The translations under genes were made by a program, and so were the position numbers. From positions 367,536,001 to 367,600,000 of the forward strand of contig OZ024740.1 in the NCBI GenBank assembly GCA_964016885.1: a stretch of DNA of 64,000 nt, written 5' to 3'. The stretch's first letter is position 1, and every line of letters starts with the position of its first letter. The DNA comes from Eledone cirrhosa. Lineage: Eukaryota. Of this stretch, positions 1 through 13,714 are shown piece by piece. Below the pieces are notes generated by a model. The model worked only from the letters and a program-made list of their open reading frames with translations, made no database searches and had not been told where the DNA came from.

Positions 1-290
1 GAAGGTTCTGCAGGAATATGTGATCGATGGTCAGCTTAATGCTGCCCTGATGTCACTATACGAATGGCCGACTATCTGTGTGCGCCAAGAGGGCGTACTA
101 TCACCACTCCTGTTCATTGTTCACATGAACAGGATTGACATGCACAGCCATGTTGGAAATGGTATCATGACTGGTAAGTGTAAAATCAGTCGGCTGTAAT
201 TTGCATATGACATGGTATTATATAACTCGACAGAATGTGATGCCGAGAGCGGCATAGATGGAATGAAAACAGTGCTGTGAAATATACGCC
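1..290 (+). pseudogene. Degenerate non-LTR (RTE-like) reverse transcriptase fragment
   Basis: Manual translation gives VRQEGVLSPLLFIVHMNRI and then ISRL*FAYDMVL, decayed versions of the RT motifs GVRQG..LSPLLF and FADD. Confidence 0.65.
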
Positions 291-327
291 ACACATACGC
301 ACGCACACACACACATATATATATATA

Positions 328-520
328 TGTAAGTTTATCTCTGGTTCAATCCGGAGTAAGGTATTCAATACATAGTAGAGTATAAATATTTAATATAGAA
401 ATAGCTTCTACAGGACTAGAGCTGTTTCATTCGAGAGAAATCATCAGGAAACCCAGCTTCCTGATGATTTCTCCCGAATGAAACCTTTCTAGTTCTGGAG
501 AAACTGTTTCTATGTTAAAT
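328..520. mobile_element. (TA)n-flanked fold-back mini-element, HHR family A (probably PLE-derived)
   Basis: Inverted repeat centred near 454; left end matches 39873-39950; TA repeats on both sides. Confidence 0.7.
404..452 (-). ncRNA. Type I hammerhead ribozyme (family A)
   Basis: Reverse complement reads GTTTC-CTGATGA-T-TTC tctc GAA-T-GAAA-CAG ctctagtc CTG-TA-GAAGC: intact core, stems I-III, GUA triplet. A degenerate mirror copy lies at 456-504 (+). Confidence 0.75.
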
Positions 521-597
521 ATATATATATATACAAATTGGAATATATACATGTATATGCACTCACACACACAATACATATATATATTTAAATATAT

Positions 598-1984
598 ATC
601 GTTTCTGAATTTGTTTAGCAAGATTCTTTATCTGAACACGTCGTGTGTTGAAACCGATATTGTTATACTTTGGGAGGGTCATGTTGCCAATAAGAAACAC
701 ACGCACCAGTTGCTTTCACTTCAATTTATTATAATAAATTTATAAATTGAGGAATTTATAAATTTCCGGTTGGTTGATTGGTTGGTTCCACAACCGGATG
801 GTTGTTTATATATTATCAAAGTGTTTTCGTTATACATTCTGTGACTCCTTCAGTGACCCCCTCAGTGACTGGGGATTCCTTTCTTTGTTTTTGTACCTCT
901 CCTTTGCTCTGTCCTACGCCATTTTGTTTCTGTGTGTGTGTTGTGTGCTCAGTCTGCGCATGCGCCACATCCGGGTGTCCGTGTGTGTTTATATTCGTTT
1001 ATTTATTTGTTTATTTACATGTTACAGGTTGGTTGTTTGTTCTATGTGCGTGTGTGTTTTCATTTTGTCCTTAATTGTAAGTTGTGATGTTGCTGTTCCA
1101 CTCATGTTTTCTATTTAATTTTGGTTGTAATTCTTTTATGTTTATTGCTTCTGTGATTTGTCTAAACATTGCGTCTTTTCTGTGTGTAGATTCTATTTTT
1201 ATTTCTATGTTCTCTAATTTACCCTTATGTTCTATTTTAGCATGTTGGTAGAGTACAGATGATTCTTTACTATCTTGAAGGTTTCGCCAGTGTTCATTTA
1301 TCCGTTCCCCTACACTACGAGCTGTCTCACCTATGTACACTATATTTTTGTCTCTACATTGTCCTTCAGTACATCTTATGCTATATACTACATTTCTAGT
1401 TTTACAGTTAATATGGGGGCTTAATTTACAGGTTATACATTTCTTATCTATACAGGGGGGGTGTCTTTGAAAATGGTATGTCTTGCTAATAAATGTTTTT
1501 ACGGAGGTACATGGTCTTTCTACTATCTTACTATTGAGTTTATGTTTATCTAGGGCCCTTCTAAATGTGTAAGCTAATTCACCTCTAGGGGTTGTATCGA
1601 TGAACATTACACTCTGGTATTTATTGCTATCATACCATGAGTTTATTCTATTAGCCTTATTCCTAGTTCTTTCTATTCTATTCCAAAATTTGCTCCTATA
1701 CAAGGGGCAGGTCCCATTTGTGTCATTATTTACCATTTTTTCCCATTTGGTTCTGGCTCCTCTATACACTCTGATTTTATCTCTCTGATTGTAACCAGAA
1801 GGGGTCACAGAATGTGTGACGAAAAAACTTTGACAATATATAAACAACCATCCGGTTGTGGAACCAACCAATCAACCAACCGGAAATTTATAAATTCCTC
1901 AATTTATAAATTTATTGTAATAAATTGAAGTGAAAGCATCTGGTGCGTGTGTTTCTTATTGGCAACATGACCCTCCCAAAGTAT

Positions 1985-1992
<8 letters not shown>
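598..1992 (-). mobile_element. 5'-truncated Penelope-like element with an inverted pseudo-LTR; same family as 59077-62428
   Basis: GIY-YIG ORF nearly identical to 61250-61971; 1797-1990 is an inverted copy of about 660-850; TA flanks. Confidence 0.9.
1071..1795 (-). pseudogene. PLE C-terminal GIY-YIG endonuclease (5'-truncated)
   Basis: NVVYSIRC...C...YIGETAR...ERINEH...QHAKIEH...RQITEAINI...LNRKHEW. The N-terminus of the ORF-track ORF comes from the inverted pLTR. Confidence 0.85.
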
Positions 1993-2021
<29 letters not shown>

Positions 2022-2606
2022 ATGTGTGTGAGTTCATACAATATATATGTATATATTCCAATTTGTATTTTAGAAGAATAAATTTAAGACGTGTGTTTTT
2101 ACATCTAGTAGATGAATCATGATGTGATTTGATTTGAAATCTTACTTTACTGATTATATCTCCCGACCCTTTTTACATTGCCCTTATGAATAAGAATCAT
2201 ATAATTTATCATTACATACATAAGGTGTGTCAATTTTTATTTCCAATATAATATCATGCTTTTAACAGAAACATATTATATTATCCCCACTTAAAACTTG
2301 TTTCCCAAGTAAGAAAATGCTGCCTATATCTTGAAAGGCAATTAAACAAAATCGGTGTTATCCAAGCATGAAAGGTTAACGGTAAAACAGTATTTTTTTC
2401 TTTCTTTAGTAGATTAAGTGATTTATATGACATTTTGTTGTGATAAAAATTCAAGCCTATAAGCAGTAAATAAAGAATATGTTTCAGCCAGAATTTTCTC
2501 ATAGTAATTTATGGGAAAAAGTTATATCACTTATATATGTATATACTCAAACACACAAACACAGACACACACATACACAAACACACAGACACAGACACAC
2601 ACACAC

Positions 2607-2653
<47 letters not shown>

Positions 2654-2816
2654 TATATATATATATATATATGCGTAAACAATGTTATATAGTTATCTAG
2701 ACAGGATACATTACATTAGACATAACTACAAACAATATTTTATACAAATACACATGCGCTGACTGGCACGGCACATACGTACCCCCATATAGATATATAT
2801 CATTGCTCCACATAAT

Positions 2817-2874
2817 TGTTTCTACTTTAGGCACAAGGCCAGCAATTAACCAGTGCATTACTGGTACTTTATTT
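2817..2874 (-). mobile_element. Truncated SINE 3' end with a 19-bp target-site duplication
   Basis: Matches the SINE tail at about 5920-5980; flanked by TATCATTGCTCCACATAAT at 2798-2816 and 2875-2893. Confidence 0.75.
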
Positions 2875-3150
2875 TATCATTGCTCCACATAATGACGTAT
2901 TATCTTCGTTTTTTCTGTTCATTGCCAGAGAACGTCTCCATGAACCACCTAATAGAATATTAGTCTACGACTTTATTTATACCATAAACGTGGTTTTGTC
3001 TTTGCGTTTAATTGTTTTCACCGCACCAAATAATGACGTATTATCTTCGTTTTTTCCGTTCTTTTCCAGGGAACGTTTCCACGAACCAAAGTATCGTCTT
3101 CCTGTCTTCATTCGGTTGCAACGTTTTTTGAAATATTTACTTCTGTGTTC
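2875..3150 (+). mobile_element. pLTR fragment of PLE family B
   Basis: High similarity to 43548-43810 and, inverted, to 42020-42280. Confidence 0.75.
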
Positions 3151-3189
<39 letters not shown>

Positions 3190-3192
<3 letters not shown>

Positions 3193-3706
3193 TCATCATC
3201 ATCATCATCATCAACGTTTAACGTCCGTGTTCCACGCTTGCATGGGTTTGGACGGGGGTAGTCCCACTTGAGGCAAGAGTGATTGTCTTGCTCGCATAGG
3301 ACTGTCTGGCAGGTTTTCTACAGTTGGATGCCCTTCCTAACACCAACCACATTTACAGTGTGGGTCTGGGAGGTTTTTACCGTGTTGCCTACACGGCCAC
3401 CTTACAGCGTGGACTGTGTGTTTTTTTGTCGTGACACCTACACGATCTCATTTGTTTCGGCCTGGATGGCGCGGCACCAACATAACTTTACATAGAACGG
3501 GGTGGTGTGGATGGGGTGGGGGTGGTGGCGGGACGGGGTGTAGTTTGTTAGAGATGCCTACTGGCAAGGCGGGTCTTCTCTGTTACTGAGTACCGCCAAA
3601 GGTCACGGTCCAGTGACATTGTCTTGGAGAGGTGTAAGTGTGTGAGGTCGGAGTTTATCAGCTCATCCCATGTTTTTCTAGGTCTGCCTATTCCGTGGCT
3701 ACCGTC
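3190..3706 (-). mobile_element. RTE-like LINE 3' end
   Basis: GRPRKTWDELI...DRDLWR terminus on the minus strand; 3' UTR ends in a (GAT)n tail. Confidence 0.75.
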
Positions 3707-3729
3707 TATATATATATATATATATATAT

Positions 3730-3957
3730 AGTAATTATAAAAATTTGAAGAGTAAAATCCAGAGAGGGCTCGATAAGGATAAATATATATCAGTATATAA
3801 GAACCGTAGAGCAAATATTTATTAAAATAACAAATTAAAGTTTAAGCAAAGAATCGCTGCTTTCACCCTTAATGGGATCTTCTGAAACTTGAATTTCAGA
3901 AGATCCGTTAAGGGTGAAAGCAGCGATTCTTTGGTTAAACTTTAATTTGTTATTTTA

Positions 3958-3965
<8 letters not shown>
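3730..3965. mobile_element. Fold-back mini-element of PLE family B with two HHR-like motifs (3839-3889 -, 3892-3942 +)
   Basis: Inverted repeat centred near 3890; matches 41830-41990; TA flanks. Confidence 0.75.
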
Positions 3966-4044
<79 letters not shown>

Positions 4045-5806
4045 TCGTATAAATTAACGAATATCATTTTCATACACAGGACTGTCATTAGATTATCTGG
4101 AACAAATGTGAAAGAAAGAAAAATTGAAAGCCTTCAAGAGTAATGTTTTCAACTATTTCTTTCCGGCCAAAAAATCTGTCCATCTAATTGCATTTTATCT
4201 GTAAATCATGTTCCATTCGTTGATGACTACGAGGTCATATCTGTCAGACATTTCTGGTGAGTCTGAAGGGACACCTTTCAATCATTACATACAGGCAATG
4301 TTATTTCTCGACACCCTTTCTTCATAATGAATAAGTTACCGAATTCTAACACTAAACCATGTCTATTGTAAAGAAAACTGTAGCTAAAGTTCATTATTTT
4401 TATCATGGGTGATTTTAATTACAAAATAATGAATCTTCAGAATGAATTATCCATCTTCTATTGGTGAACATACTCTTCGCAATACTGATTCATTTGGTAA
4501 TCTTATTTTAAAAGTCGGTAGTAGAAACGATTAGATTGTCACCAACTCCATAACTCAAAAGAAAAAGCTCCAAATATGGAGATCTCCTGGTGGAATAACC
4601 AAAACATCATATCAATTTCATTTCGACACGCAAGTCAAAAATTTCGTGAAACTTTTCTGGACAGCTCAGCTCTCAGAGTGCCTGACGCATCAGATTATAG
4701 ATTAGTAAGGGCATGGGGCAGAATAAATTTCTCAAGGCCACAAAAACAAAAGTAACGTTTACCTAGCATGCCTACGCGCTAGAATTTGCAATCCAAACTA
4801 TCAAATAATGCTTTATTGCATTATATAGTTTTAGATACATTATATATTTAAATGAGAGGGGATTCATCGCTGGAATGCTTTCCATCTTAGATATGATTGA
4901 TCATAGTTAGTCTGGAACTAAACAATAAAGCGACATCTTATATTTCACATATACATTTCTTAACATCCTCACTAAATGTTCTCCTTTACACGAAACAACG
5001 AGCAAGTTGATAAAGAAGAGTTGTGCATCGTACAGACATTGTACCAACGTATCATTTATTCCATTTACAATGAAGATCTTCTGCGTATAGTACTGACATG
5101 ATTTTGACATGAATTTCGAGAGAGGAAAGGTTGTGCTACTTCATCTTCAATTGATTGTTCAGAGCTCCTTTGCTCTCGGAAGAAGACGATTTCAAGACGG
5201 TTGGAACTAGATTTCAAAACAGAGAATGAACTGATCATCTAAAGTGTCTACTTGTGCTCTTATCATTCTGCAATATTTGATGACGTCAAGCTTTAACAAT
5301 CTAATCCGCTGCATTTTGCGTTTACTCAATTCGTTGAAGTCTTCCTACGCAAACCTAAATACGCTAGAATACGGATGATCTTTTGCTTTAATTTTCACTA
5401 AAAATGGCTCATCTGCGTGTCGGGCGTGCGTGATAGGCAGAGATAAATGTTGCAAAATATAAGTTTTGACGAACATCACAAGTCCTCCAGGAAGACATGT
5501 CGCACTTTCCTGAACACTCCATGCATTTTTGTGGGGAGAAAAAGCCGTCTCCCCATACCAGGCCATCGATGTTGTCTAAGGGAAAGGCAAAGGCTGATAG
5601 TGCTCGGTTTCAGTGACGTCACTACTCATTTCTCCAGATAGTAAAATCAAAATTGCAACAATCCGTTCGTAGGGATTTAGTAAATATAGCAATTATACGC
5701 GTTGTTTAGAATGGATAAAATGTAGACGGAAAAAAGAAAAAATATAGCAACATTACTTACAATATGTTTAAGTCACAACTAATTACGTGCATTAATTCAC
5801 TTAATT

Positions 5807-5985
5807 CCCGGCGGCGGATTGGCAGTATCAGTAGAGGGTCGGACGCCATGCTTTGAAGCATAGAGTTACCTCCCTGTATGATCTGAGTTCAAATCCCGCC
5901 GAGGTTAACTTTACGGGTCGATAAAATGAAGTACCAATAATGCACTGGGTAATTGCTGGCCTTGTGCAAAAAGTAGAAACTATTA
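5807..5985 (+). mobile_element. tRNA-derived SINE (octopus-like family)
   Basis: A-box-like TGGCAGTATCAGTAG and B-box-like GAGTTCAAATCCC; copies at about 9.9, 12.8, 21.4 and 55.7 kb. Confidence 0.8.
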
Positions 5986-6659
5986 ATTTACTTAATTCCC
6001 TTCGTTCAAAGTTTTCCAGAAAGCCATTTCTTCCATGCTTTAATACATGGATATAGCAACATAAATATAATTGAACAAATTAATATCTTAAAAACTGAGA
6101 TAAGTCCAACTACACCGAACTGTCTTCCACTAGTGGATATAGATAAATAAATAGAAAAAATGTATATGAAAAGTAATTAAAGTATATTTATACATTTATG
6201 TATCTGTATGAAAAAGAAACATGCACAAACACGTAAATTTCATTTATTTCGCTGCTGCAATATTGTAGATTGAACAAATATTAAAATATGAATCATTTCG
6301 TATATTTTCATATACGCACTCATACATATTTCTATGGATATATATACTGAGTGTATAACGATGTAAACATATTTGCATGCATAAGGACTATCACATAGAT
6401 GGACGCATACAGATACAGACACACATACACACATATATCTGTATATGTTTTTGTGTATGTGTATTTATATATATATATATATATATATTTATACTTATGT
6501 AAATATATATATATGTATACACACACACACACACACACATATATATCTGTATATGTTTTTGTACATTTGAGCGTGTTTTTGCTGATGTGTATTTATATAC
6601 ATATATATGTGTGTGTGTGTGTGTGTGAGTGTGTGTGTGTGTCTGTGTGTGTGTAGCAG

Positions 6660-7335
<676 letters not shown>

Positions 7336-7529
7336 ACGTATTGATTTAAATTACAATTTGACCTCAAATACAAATCATATTATCAGCTTTTAGCACAATC
7401 GTATATGAATTTGGATTTTATCGTGCAACTTTCTGGATATGTTATGTACACTTCCCTACGCATCAATATGAATCTCTTGTTTTCGAGGCAAAGTTTGAAA
7501 TTGCACGGAAATGGAAATAATGTTCAAGC

Positions 7530-7624
<95 letters not shown>

Positions 7625-7968
7625 CTGTATATGAATATTTGCGTTGCTGCCGGCGCACACAATATAGCTATGCCTCTACACACACACACATATATATATA
7701 TGCGGACACGTATGTTCGTTTCTGTCTGTGTGACTGTAAATATGTGTACGTATTGCCTTTGCAATACCCGGAAGAATATGTTTTCAGTAGGTGAGCAATC
7801 GAGAAAGAGGGCGAGAGAGAATGATATATATTAATAGAAGTAATCATGTCTGCCTTATCACGAATCTCTCATATATCATCCATATCCAAAAGGATTAAAT
7901 ATTATTTTATAGATTCATAGATTCATAAATAAACAATAGGCAGAAAAGATTATAACATGAATATTATA

Positions 7969-8015
<47 letters not shown>

Positions 8016-8044
8016 TTGTGTGTTTGTGTGTGCGTGTGTGTGTT

Positions 8045-8108
<64 letters not shown>

Positions 8109-9912
8109 TATATATGTGTGTGTGTCTGCGTGTGTGTGTATGTGTTTGTGTGTGTGCATTAAAAGGAAATATTATACATTGGACAATCAGACGAATTTCC
8201 AATGTGATTACAAAGCAAATATTATAATAAAATTATAATGATACATATAATATTAAAATTCTTAAACAACAGCTAATTAATGCAGAAAATGTCTTCGAAA
8301 AAGTAGCATGCATTAGGGTTATGTTTATTCCACGTGTCTTTGCATTAAACATCAAAACAACAAAACTGCGTTTATCGTTCAAATATCGTTTATTTACCGA
8401 GGAGATAACATTGAAATGAACTTTTGGATCGTAGCTGATATCCCGTACATCCTTGTTCTTTCTGAATTTAACCCACCGCCCATTGTAACGTAAGGAAATA
8501 TGTTTCTCAATTCTCGCTTCGAAATATGATTCTCTTTTTTCTTGTAATAGAGAAATATTTTGGATAAATGCTATTTCGTTGATTATAATTTTACTTTCTT
8601 CAGTATTAATTTCAAATCATAATTGTCAATATCGTTTTCTGGAAATCAATTTTTATATAGATTTGATAAGTTGGACATTTTTGTTATAAGTATATTTCGA
8701 TAAATTCATAAAATTGCTGATAATCAATTCTAATTGAACACATCGTTAAAACCTGACTATATAAAGAAATGTTTAATCAGTGAGAGTGCGCATCCAATCT
8801 TTCATTTATCTCATGCAAAACCCAAGTTGCTTAGACTTAAGATAATGCAATAGATATTGTATCGAGCCCAGGTTTAATAATACGTTTAAAAGTTTCAGAA
8901 GAGCGTAACGATATGTTACTGCATATTCTATTTCCCTCGTTCTCAGTGAAACGATCCCCAATAATCTTCATTCTTGAATTCGATCATTTGCATCTACTTC
9001 ATTTACACCGATAATACTTTGGAGAAAAATGGGAATGTCACCACCTCATATATTTCTCACTCTTTAAAACATAGAAGTCCCCGAAAATCCGTTACCTCAA
9101 AATAAATCGTCATTTTCCATATAAAAATGAAAAGTCTCAAATTTTCATAATCAAAAGGGATTTGTATTAAATGATTGGGCCTTTTCATTTTAGATTTGCA
9201 AGTATGGGCATTATATATTTAATGTCTTTCCATTACATAAGTTATAAGTTCAATTAAATCATTTTCCTCTTCCTATCCATCTCTTTATCATTAGTCCTTG
9301 TAATTAGTATAGGTTACTAATTATCTCTTACAAGGAATTTAAACTAAGCTAGAATGTTTGAATCTTACCAACACTAATCGACGTTTGTTTATTTCATGAT
9401 ACAGACCGTTAAGATTTCCATTGGTGCGCCAAAATTAGACATCGAAATAGTGCCGATTTTCCCGGTTTCTTTATCAGATTATTATATCACATATCCCTTA
9501 ATACAAAAAGGAAGAACCATAAGAAGGTAGAGGTTTCAATTTAGAGATTTGTTCTGATTTGAACACGTCACCCGGCACGAAGGCTCGTTTAGTTCCATAG
9601 TAGTGTTTACATTGTGTTTCTTCACTACGCACTATTACGGTAAATGTTTACTATATTTAAACTACTACTAGTTCATTGACCATATAGAGGATTCACATTT
9701 CTTTCCATTGCAGTGTGTCTATAAACTATTTTAAATAGAATCAAAATCCGGCCTCATATGGTAGGGATACCAGTTCAATTAATGTTGAGCCTAACGCTGA
9801 CCCGACCCAGTAACAAGCTGCATTGGATCATATGTTATGAGCACTGAGGTGCTCTTCTATCATGATCATCATTAGTTCCGTTATTACTTGCTTCTACTCT
9901 TTGGAAGAAGGT

Positions 9913-10135
9913 CAGCAATTAACCCAGTGCATTACTGTTGCTTTATTTTATCGACCTCGTAAGGATGAAAAGCCAAGTTAAACACGGTGGGAATGGAACT
10001 CAGAATGTAAAGCTCCATAACCCAGTGCATTACTGTTGCTTTATTTTATCGACCTCGTAAGGATGAAAAGCACAGTTAAACACGGTGGGATTTGAACTCA
10101 GAATGTAAAGCTCTATAACTCTATGCTGCAGATAC
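9913..10135 (-). mobile_element. SINE with an internal tandem duplication of about 98 bp
   Basis: AACCCAGTGCATTACTGTTGCTTTATTTT...GTAAAGCTC occurs twice; reverse complement of the SINE at 5807. Confidence 0.75.
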
Positions 10136-10159
10136 ATCTGTGTAAGGCAGGGATATATA

Positions 10160-10425
10160 GTCTCGAGCTCGAAGGCTCACCAGGTCGGTGCCTATCTCGT
10201 TTTCCTTGGCATAAAGTCACTGAGAGTAACATACTTCCCCCAGGACAGGACTCCTCTCCCTCGCAGGGTTAAACGCCTGCTACTGCTGGTACTTATTTTC
10301 AGCTGAGCATACTGTATTAACATGAAATGGAGTGTTTTGATCAAGAACACCACACACAACCCAGTAAAGGAATCGAACCTATGGCATTATGATAGTAAAT
10401 GCAACACTCTTACCTACGCCACGCG
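10160..10425 (-). mobile_element. Second tRNA-derived SINE family
   Basis: B-box GGTTCGATTCC on the minus strand at about 10369-10379, followed by a SINE-like body. Confidence 0.5.
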
Positions 10426-10434
10426 CCTCCACTA

Positions 10435-11150
10435 TATATCTATGTACCTACTGCCCGTTATGCACATTGGCATGTAAGGCAGCAACAACGGTTCTCCATT
10501 TCTGTCTCCCCGAGGCCAGCTTCCGGATGGTAACCCATGTGCCTTTCCTGGTCTTCCTCAGTCGCTCAACTATTGTGCGCCAAGTGTTCTTTTGTCCCTT
10601 CCCGTCTTTGCTAGCCAGTAAAAGGCTCTTGGGATGCTATCTTGCTCTCTTCTGAGAACATTTCCTATCCTCTTCCATCTTCTTCTGAGAAGGACTGGTG
10701 ACACATTCACCTATTGACACCTACCCAGCATTTCTTCATTGAAGATCTTTTCAGGCCATGAGATTCTAAGGGTTCTCCTACGATACTTTGTGTGAAAGAG
10801 TGACAGACTGGGCGGATAATGCTATATCTGTCTACATCATTCTGATCCGTAAATATAGGTGAGAAGAACGCAGCTTTGATATATTCTCAATTGATCTTTA
10901 TGCTCTATTATTGTTGAGGATTTTGAAGGCATTTCTTGCTTTGCTGAGTCGGTTCTTGATAGCGTTGCCGGTTTCTCCACCATTGGTAACATTGCTACTC
11001 AATTAAGTGAATTCTGTTGTTGGTAGATTTTGTCCATTTATTTGAATAGACGAGGGGTTAGAAGTGCTCATGGTCATGATACCTGTCTTCTGACTGATCT
11101 TCAGCACGGTCTGTTGTATAAATTGTTTACGGTAAGATGTTTTCTCTGTA
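10435..11150 (-). mobile_element. Degenerate RTE-like LINE 3' fragment
   Basis: Minus strand resembles the post-RT region and C-terminus of an RTE ORF; many stops and frameshifts. Confidence 0.55.
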
Positions 11151-12804
11151 CAGGAGAAAATATCTCACCTTAAACAATTTGCACAACAGATTGTGGCTTT
11201 TTTCGCAACATATCGTGATCCAATGCTTTAAATTGTTACAATATTAAGTTTCAAAGAGATTAGTACAGCTGATTCGCGTGGATATAGAAATAAATCGACC
11301 AAAAGCAATATTAGGCGTGATTTGAACTTGGAATAATGCGGGATATAACTAAACCCTAAAGACAATCTCGTCTCACACCCTTCTGATTAATTCTAATTTC
11401 CGAGAAATGGAAAAGATGTTGCAAGTAAAATATGATACAAATATTACATTTGTGTCCTTTATAAATTTCCCAAAGATTTTAGGGAGTTAACTCAAGCAAA
11501 TATAGACTTCTTAAATCTCTCAGAGCAAGGAACATACGAAAAAAAGCACCCCCACCCCCCGCCAAATAAAGAAACAAAATAAAAACAAAACAGTTGGTTG
11601 GGAAAAGGAATATCCAGGATAATGCTATAATAATTTCTTATTTAAATTTGCAATTGTTCAACATGTGTTATATTCTAGAACGTTAATGATATTGTTAATG
11701 GAAGATTTTTATTCTGGAAAAGCCGTTGGTATCAAGATGCAAATGCAACTTACAGATACTCCATCAATAAATAACAGCACATAATAATGTGAAGAATATG
11801 ATAATGGTTTATTAATGAGGGATATCTTTTTTATAAACATAAACATTGTTCATAACAGTGGATATTGAATTTGAAAACGTCATACAATTTTACTAATATT
11901 TTAATTTTCTCCAGGCCAAGTGAATAGAAAACAATATTAATTCAAACTCAGAAAGTACAATGATGGAACTAAATACTGTATGATATTTGTTCTGGTTCTC
12001 GCATTTCTGTCAACTCACCATACTTGATTATACACAATTGCTTTTCAATTATAGTAGTACTAAAGCTTAGAAATTGTAAATGTCACGCCTAGACAAATTA
12101 TGTTTGCGAAATAATCATTCGCCGACGGCAAGAACGTAACAAGGGTGATAATTATAGAATCGTAAAACAGATTCGTTATTTGAAATAATTGGAAATGATT
12201 TTCTATGAAACCATTACAAAACTGAGAAGAAACTCATTACAAATACCTATATAACACAATCTTCAGTTTACAGATGTACACAGTAGATCAAAGTAACCAC
12301 CTGAAATGATAGTGTAATCATAGATTGTATATATATATGTAAACGTATTATAAAAGGATGCATGATGAAGAATGATAATCAAAGACGAACAAATCAGCAT
12401 CCGAGTATCTATCAAATAAAGATATTTGTGAATTATTTAACAGTCATATCCATAATCCTAATGTAATTTTTTTTTCACCTATGTGGGGCAGTAACAAATA
12501 AGAGTTGATCCTTATGATATGAAACCAATCTATTATCAAATTTTTTTTCAGGAAGCAGATATATTCTATTACCGTTCAGGTTTTTTCTCAATATTTGTAG
12601 AGCCGGTTTGAAAGTTAAGTGATTTAGACACAGTAATATATAATATCATGAAACGAAGGGTTGTACCCTAAATTACTTCAGCAATCGGGACTCCGGATTA
12701 AGAATACACGCACGCACACACATACAACCGTATATGAAAAAAGAAAATATATATATATATTCGTGAGAGGATAATAATATTCTTATATCATAATATCATT
12801 AATT

Positions 12805-12985
12805 TAGCAGTATCAGTAGAGAGTTGGACGCCATGCATTGCTGCATAGAGTTACGGCCCTTTATTGTCTGAGTTAAAATCCCGTCGAAGTTAACTTTGCC
12901 TTTTATTCTTACGGGGTCAATAAAATAAAGCCCCAGTAAGGCACGGGTCTAATTGCTGGCCTTGTGCCAAAAGTATAAACAATTA
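12805..12985 (+). mobile_element. tRNA-derived SINE (same family as 5807)
   Basis: Similar to 5807-5985 along its length. Confidence 0.8.
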
Positions 12986-13193
12986 TTAATATTCAGTGTG
13001 TTTGCAGCAAACAGCCCCAGGAACATATATATATCGATATCAGAGAAAAACAAGTGTTATGTGAAAACAACTTTGTGTTAACTTTGGCAGGTTAATGATG
13101 ATCTGCTACCTTCCCCCCTAGGTAATTTTCGCTCTCCCATAAGTTGACAATTAGCTGTCTTTAACTATCTTTCTATCTTAGTACAATTAAAAC

Positions 13194-13275
<82 letters not shown>

Positions 13276-13714
13276 TTGTCTAGCTAACTGTCTCTCTCTC
13301 TATATCTATATCAATCTTTCTCTCTCTCAGTCCATCTATCTGTCGACCAGTCTATCCAAATGTTTGTCTTCCTAATAGATATATCTAGTTGTGGTCATGA
13401 TCAAAAATAACAAAACAAACCATATATCATAACAACAATACAAATTAATCGTAATTTAATGTATATATGTTTGATAATGTTGAAAGAAAATATGAAAGAA
13501 AATTAGTATAATAGATAGAAATGAATGTAAAATCAATTACGACGTTGACCAGAGTGAAAAGAGTGACAAAGACAATCAAAACTGAGAATGTATGCATCTT
13601 TACATAGAATGTTATCAAGGAATTATATAATTATCTTTTGCTTTGCTGGTAAATCCGTCAATGTTGACGGGGACCATCTAGTATACACCTATACACACAC
13701 GCACACAGATATAT

